NCBI GenBank assembly: GCA_902787725.1
Contig: CADAHK010000015.1
Location: 1-38,269 of the forward strand
Source of the DNA: an uncultured Eubacteriales bacterium
Lineage (GTDB): Bacteria; Bacillota; Clostridia; Peptostreptococcales; Anaerovoracaceae
DNA length: 38,269 bases
Reading direction: 5' to 3'
Below are positions 37,583 through 38,269 of the stretch, one piece after another. The number at the start of each line of letters is the position of its first letter. The stretch's first letter is position 1. Under the pieces are notes generated by a model. That model saw only the letters and a list, made by a program, of their open reading frames with translations. It had not been told where the DNA came from and did no database searches. The position numbers were made by a program, and so were the translations under genes.

Positions 37583-38269
37583 ATGAACAGAAATATCACA
37601 GATTCGATTATTTACATCGGCGCCAACGATCATGACATTGATCTGTTTGAGGGCCAGTATATTGTGCCGAACGGCATGGCATACAATTCCTACGCTGTTG
37701 TAGGCGAAAAAATCGCCATCATGGACACTATCGATAAGTCAAAGACAGACGAGTGGCTTCAGAATATAGAGGCTGCAATCAAGTGCGACGCACCGGACTA
37801 TCTGGTTGTTCAGCACATGGAGCCTGACCACTCAGCGTCAATTCAGGCTTTCGTTGAGAAGTATCCGAACGCTACAGTCGTAGGAAACAAGAAGACGTTC
37901 AAGATGATCGGCCAGTTCTTCCCTGAGCTGGAGATGAAGAACACTCTGGAAGTCGAGAACGGCGACAAGCTGGATCTTGGCGGACACGAACTGAACTTCG
38001 TATTCGCTCCGATGGTTCACTGGCCAGAGGTAATGATGACATATGATCCTGTTGAAAAGATCCTCTTCTCAGCAGACGGATTCGGCAAGTTCGGCGCGCT
38101 GGACGTTGATGAGGACTGGGCTTGCGAGGCAAGACGCTACTACTTCGGAATCGTAGGAAAGTACGGACCGCAGGTTCAGACAGTGCTCAAGAAGGCGGCC
38201 GCTCTGGACATCGAAAAGATCCTGCCGCTCCACGGACCGATGCTCGAAGAGGACCTGGGATACTACATC
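37583..38269 (+). CDS. fprA: Flavodiiron protein (A-type flavoprotein), 5' part; runs off the window edge
   Basis: Manual translation MNRNITDS...LFEGQY...YNSY...HMEPDHS...PMVHWPE...FSADGFG...PLHGP carries the metallo-beta-lactamase diiron ligands. AAAGGAG RBS. Confidence 0.93.
   Translation, partial: MNRNITDSIIYIGANDHDIDLFEGQYIVPNGMAYNSYAVVGEKIAIMDTIDKSKTDEWLQNIEAAIKCDAPDYLVVQHMEPDHSASIQAFVEKYPNATVVGNKKTFKMIGQFFPELEMKNTLEVENGDKLDLGGHELNFVFAPMVHWPEVMMTYDPVEKILFSADGFGKFGALDVDEDWACEARRYYFGIVGKYGPQVQTVLKKAAALDIEKILPLHGPMLEEDLGYYI

Overview
This is a gene-dense chromosomal window from an anaerobic Firmicute (Clostridia-like), judged from its sigma-A promoters, Shine-Dalgarno sites and T-box. In order it carries: the 5' part of a pantothenate operon (panG-like, panB); trmL; a histidine phosphatase; a membrane-anchored lipase-like protein; an ~11.8 kb LacI-controlled sugar locus (BadF-type kinase, GH4 alpha-galactosidase, ABC transporter, AgaS, stand-alone GatZ/KbaZ, beta-helix lipoprotein, MsmK); an MFS exporter; cobO; a nine-unit 22-bp repeat array between divergent promoters; a Zn-ribbon protein and C69 peptidase; a rhodanese/YwaF/EamA/LysO operon; an acyl-CoA synthetase; an NnrE-MazG fusion; a lipoprotein; a clostripain-family peptidase; rubredoxin; T-box-controlled leuACDB; DUF3793 and flavodoxin; and the 5' part of fprA. 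Three genes of the sugar locus have frame-breaking lesions. The best candidates for new biology are the NnrE(YjeF_N)-MazG fusion, a putative PTS-, Leloir- and aldolase-independent galactose/galactosamine to tagatose-6-P to fructose-6-P pathway, and the symmetric 22-bp array at 18728-18945. I saw no rRNA, tRNA, CRISPR array or transposase. All product calls come from motif recognition by eye; no database searches were run.
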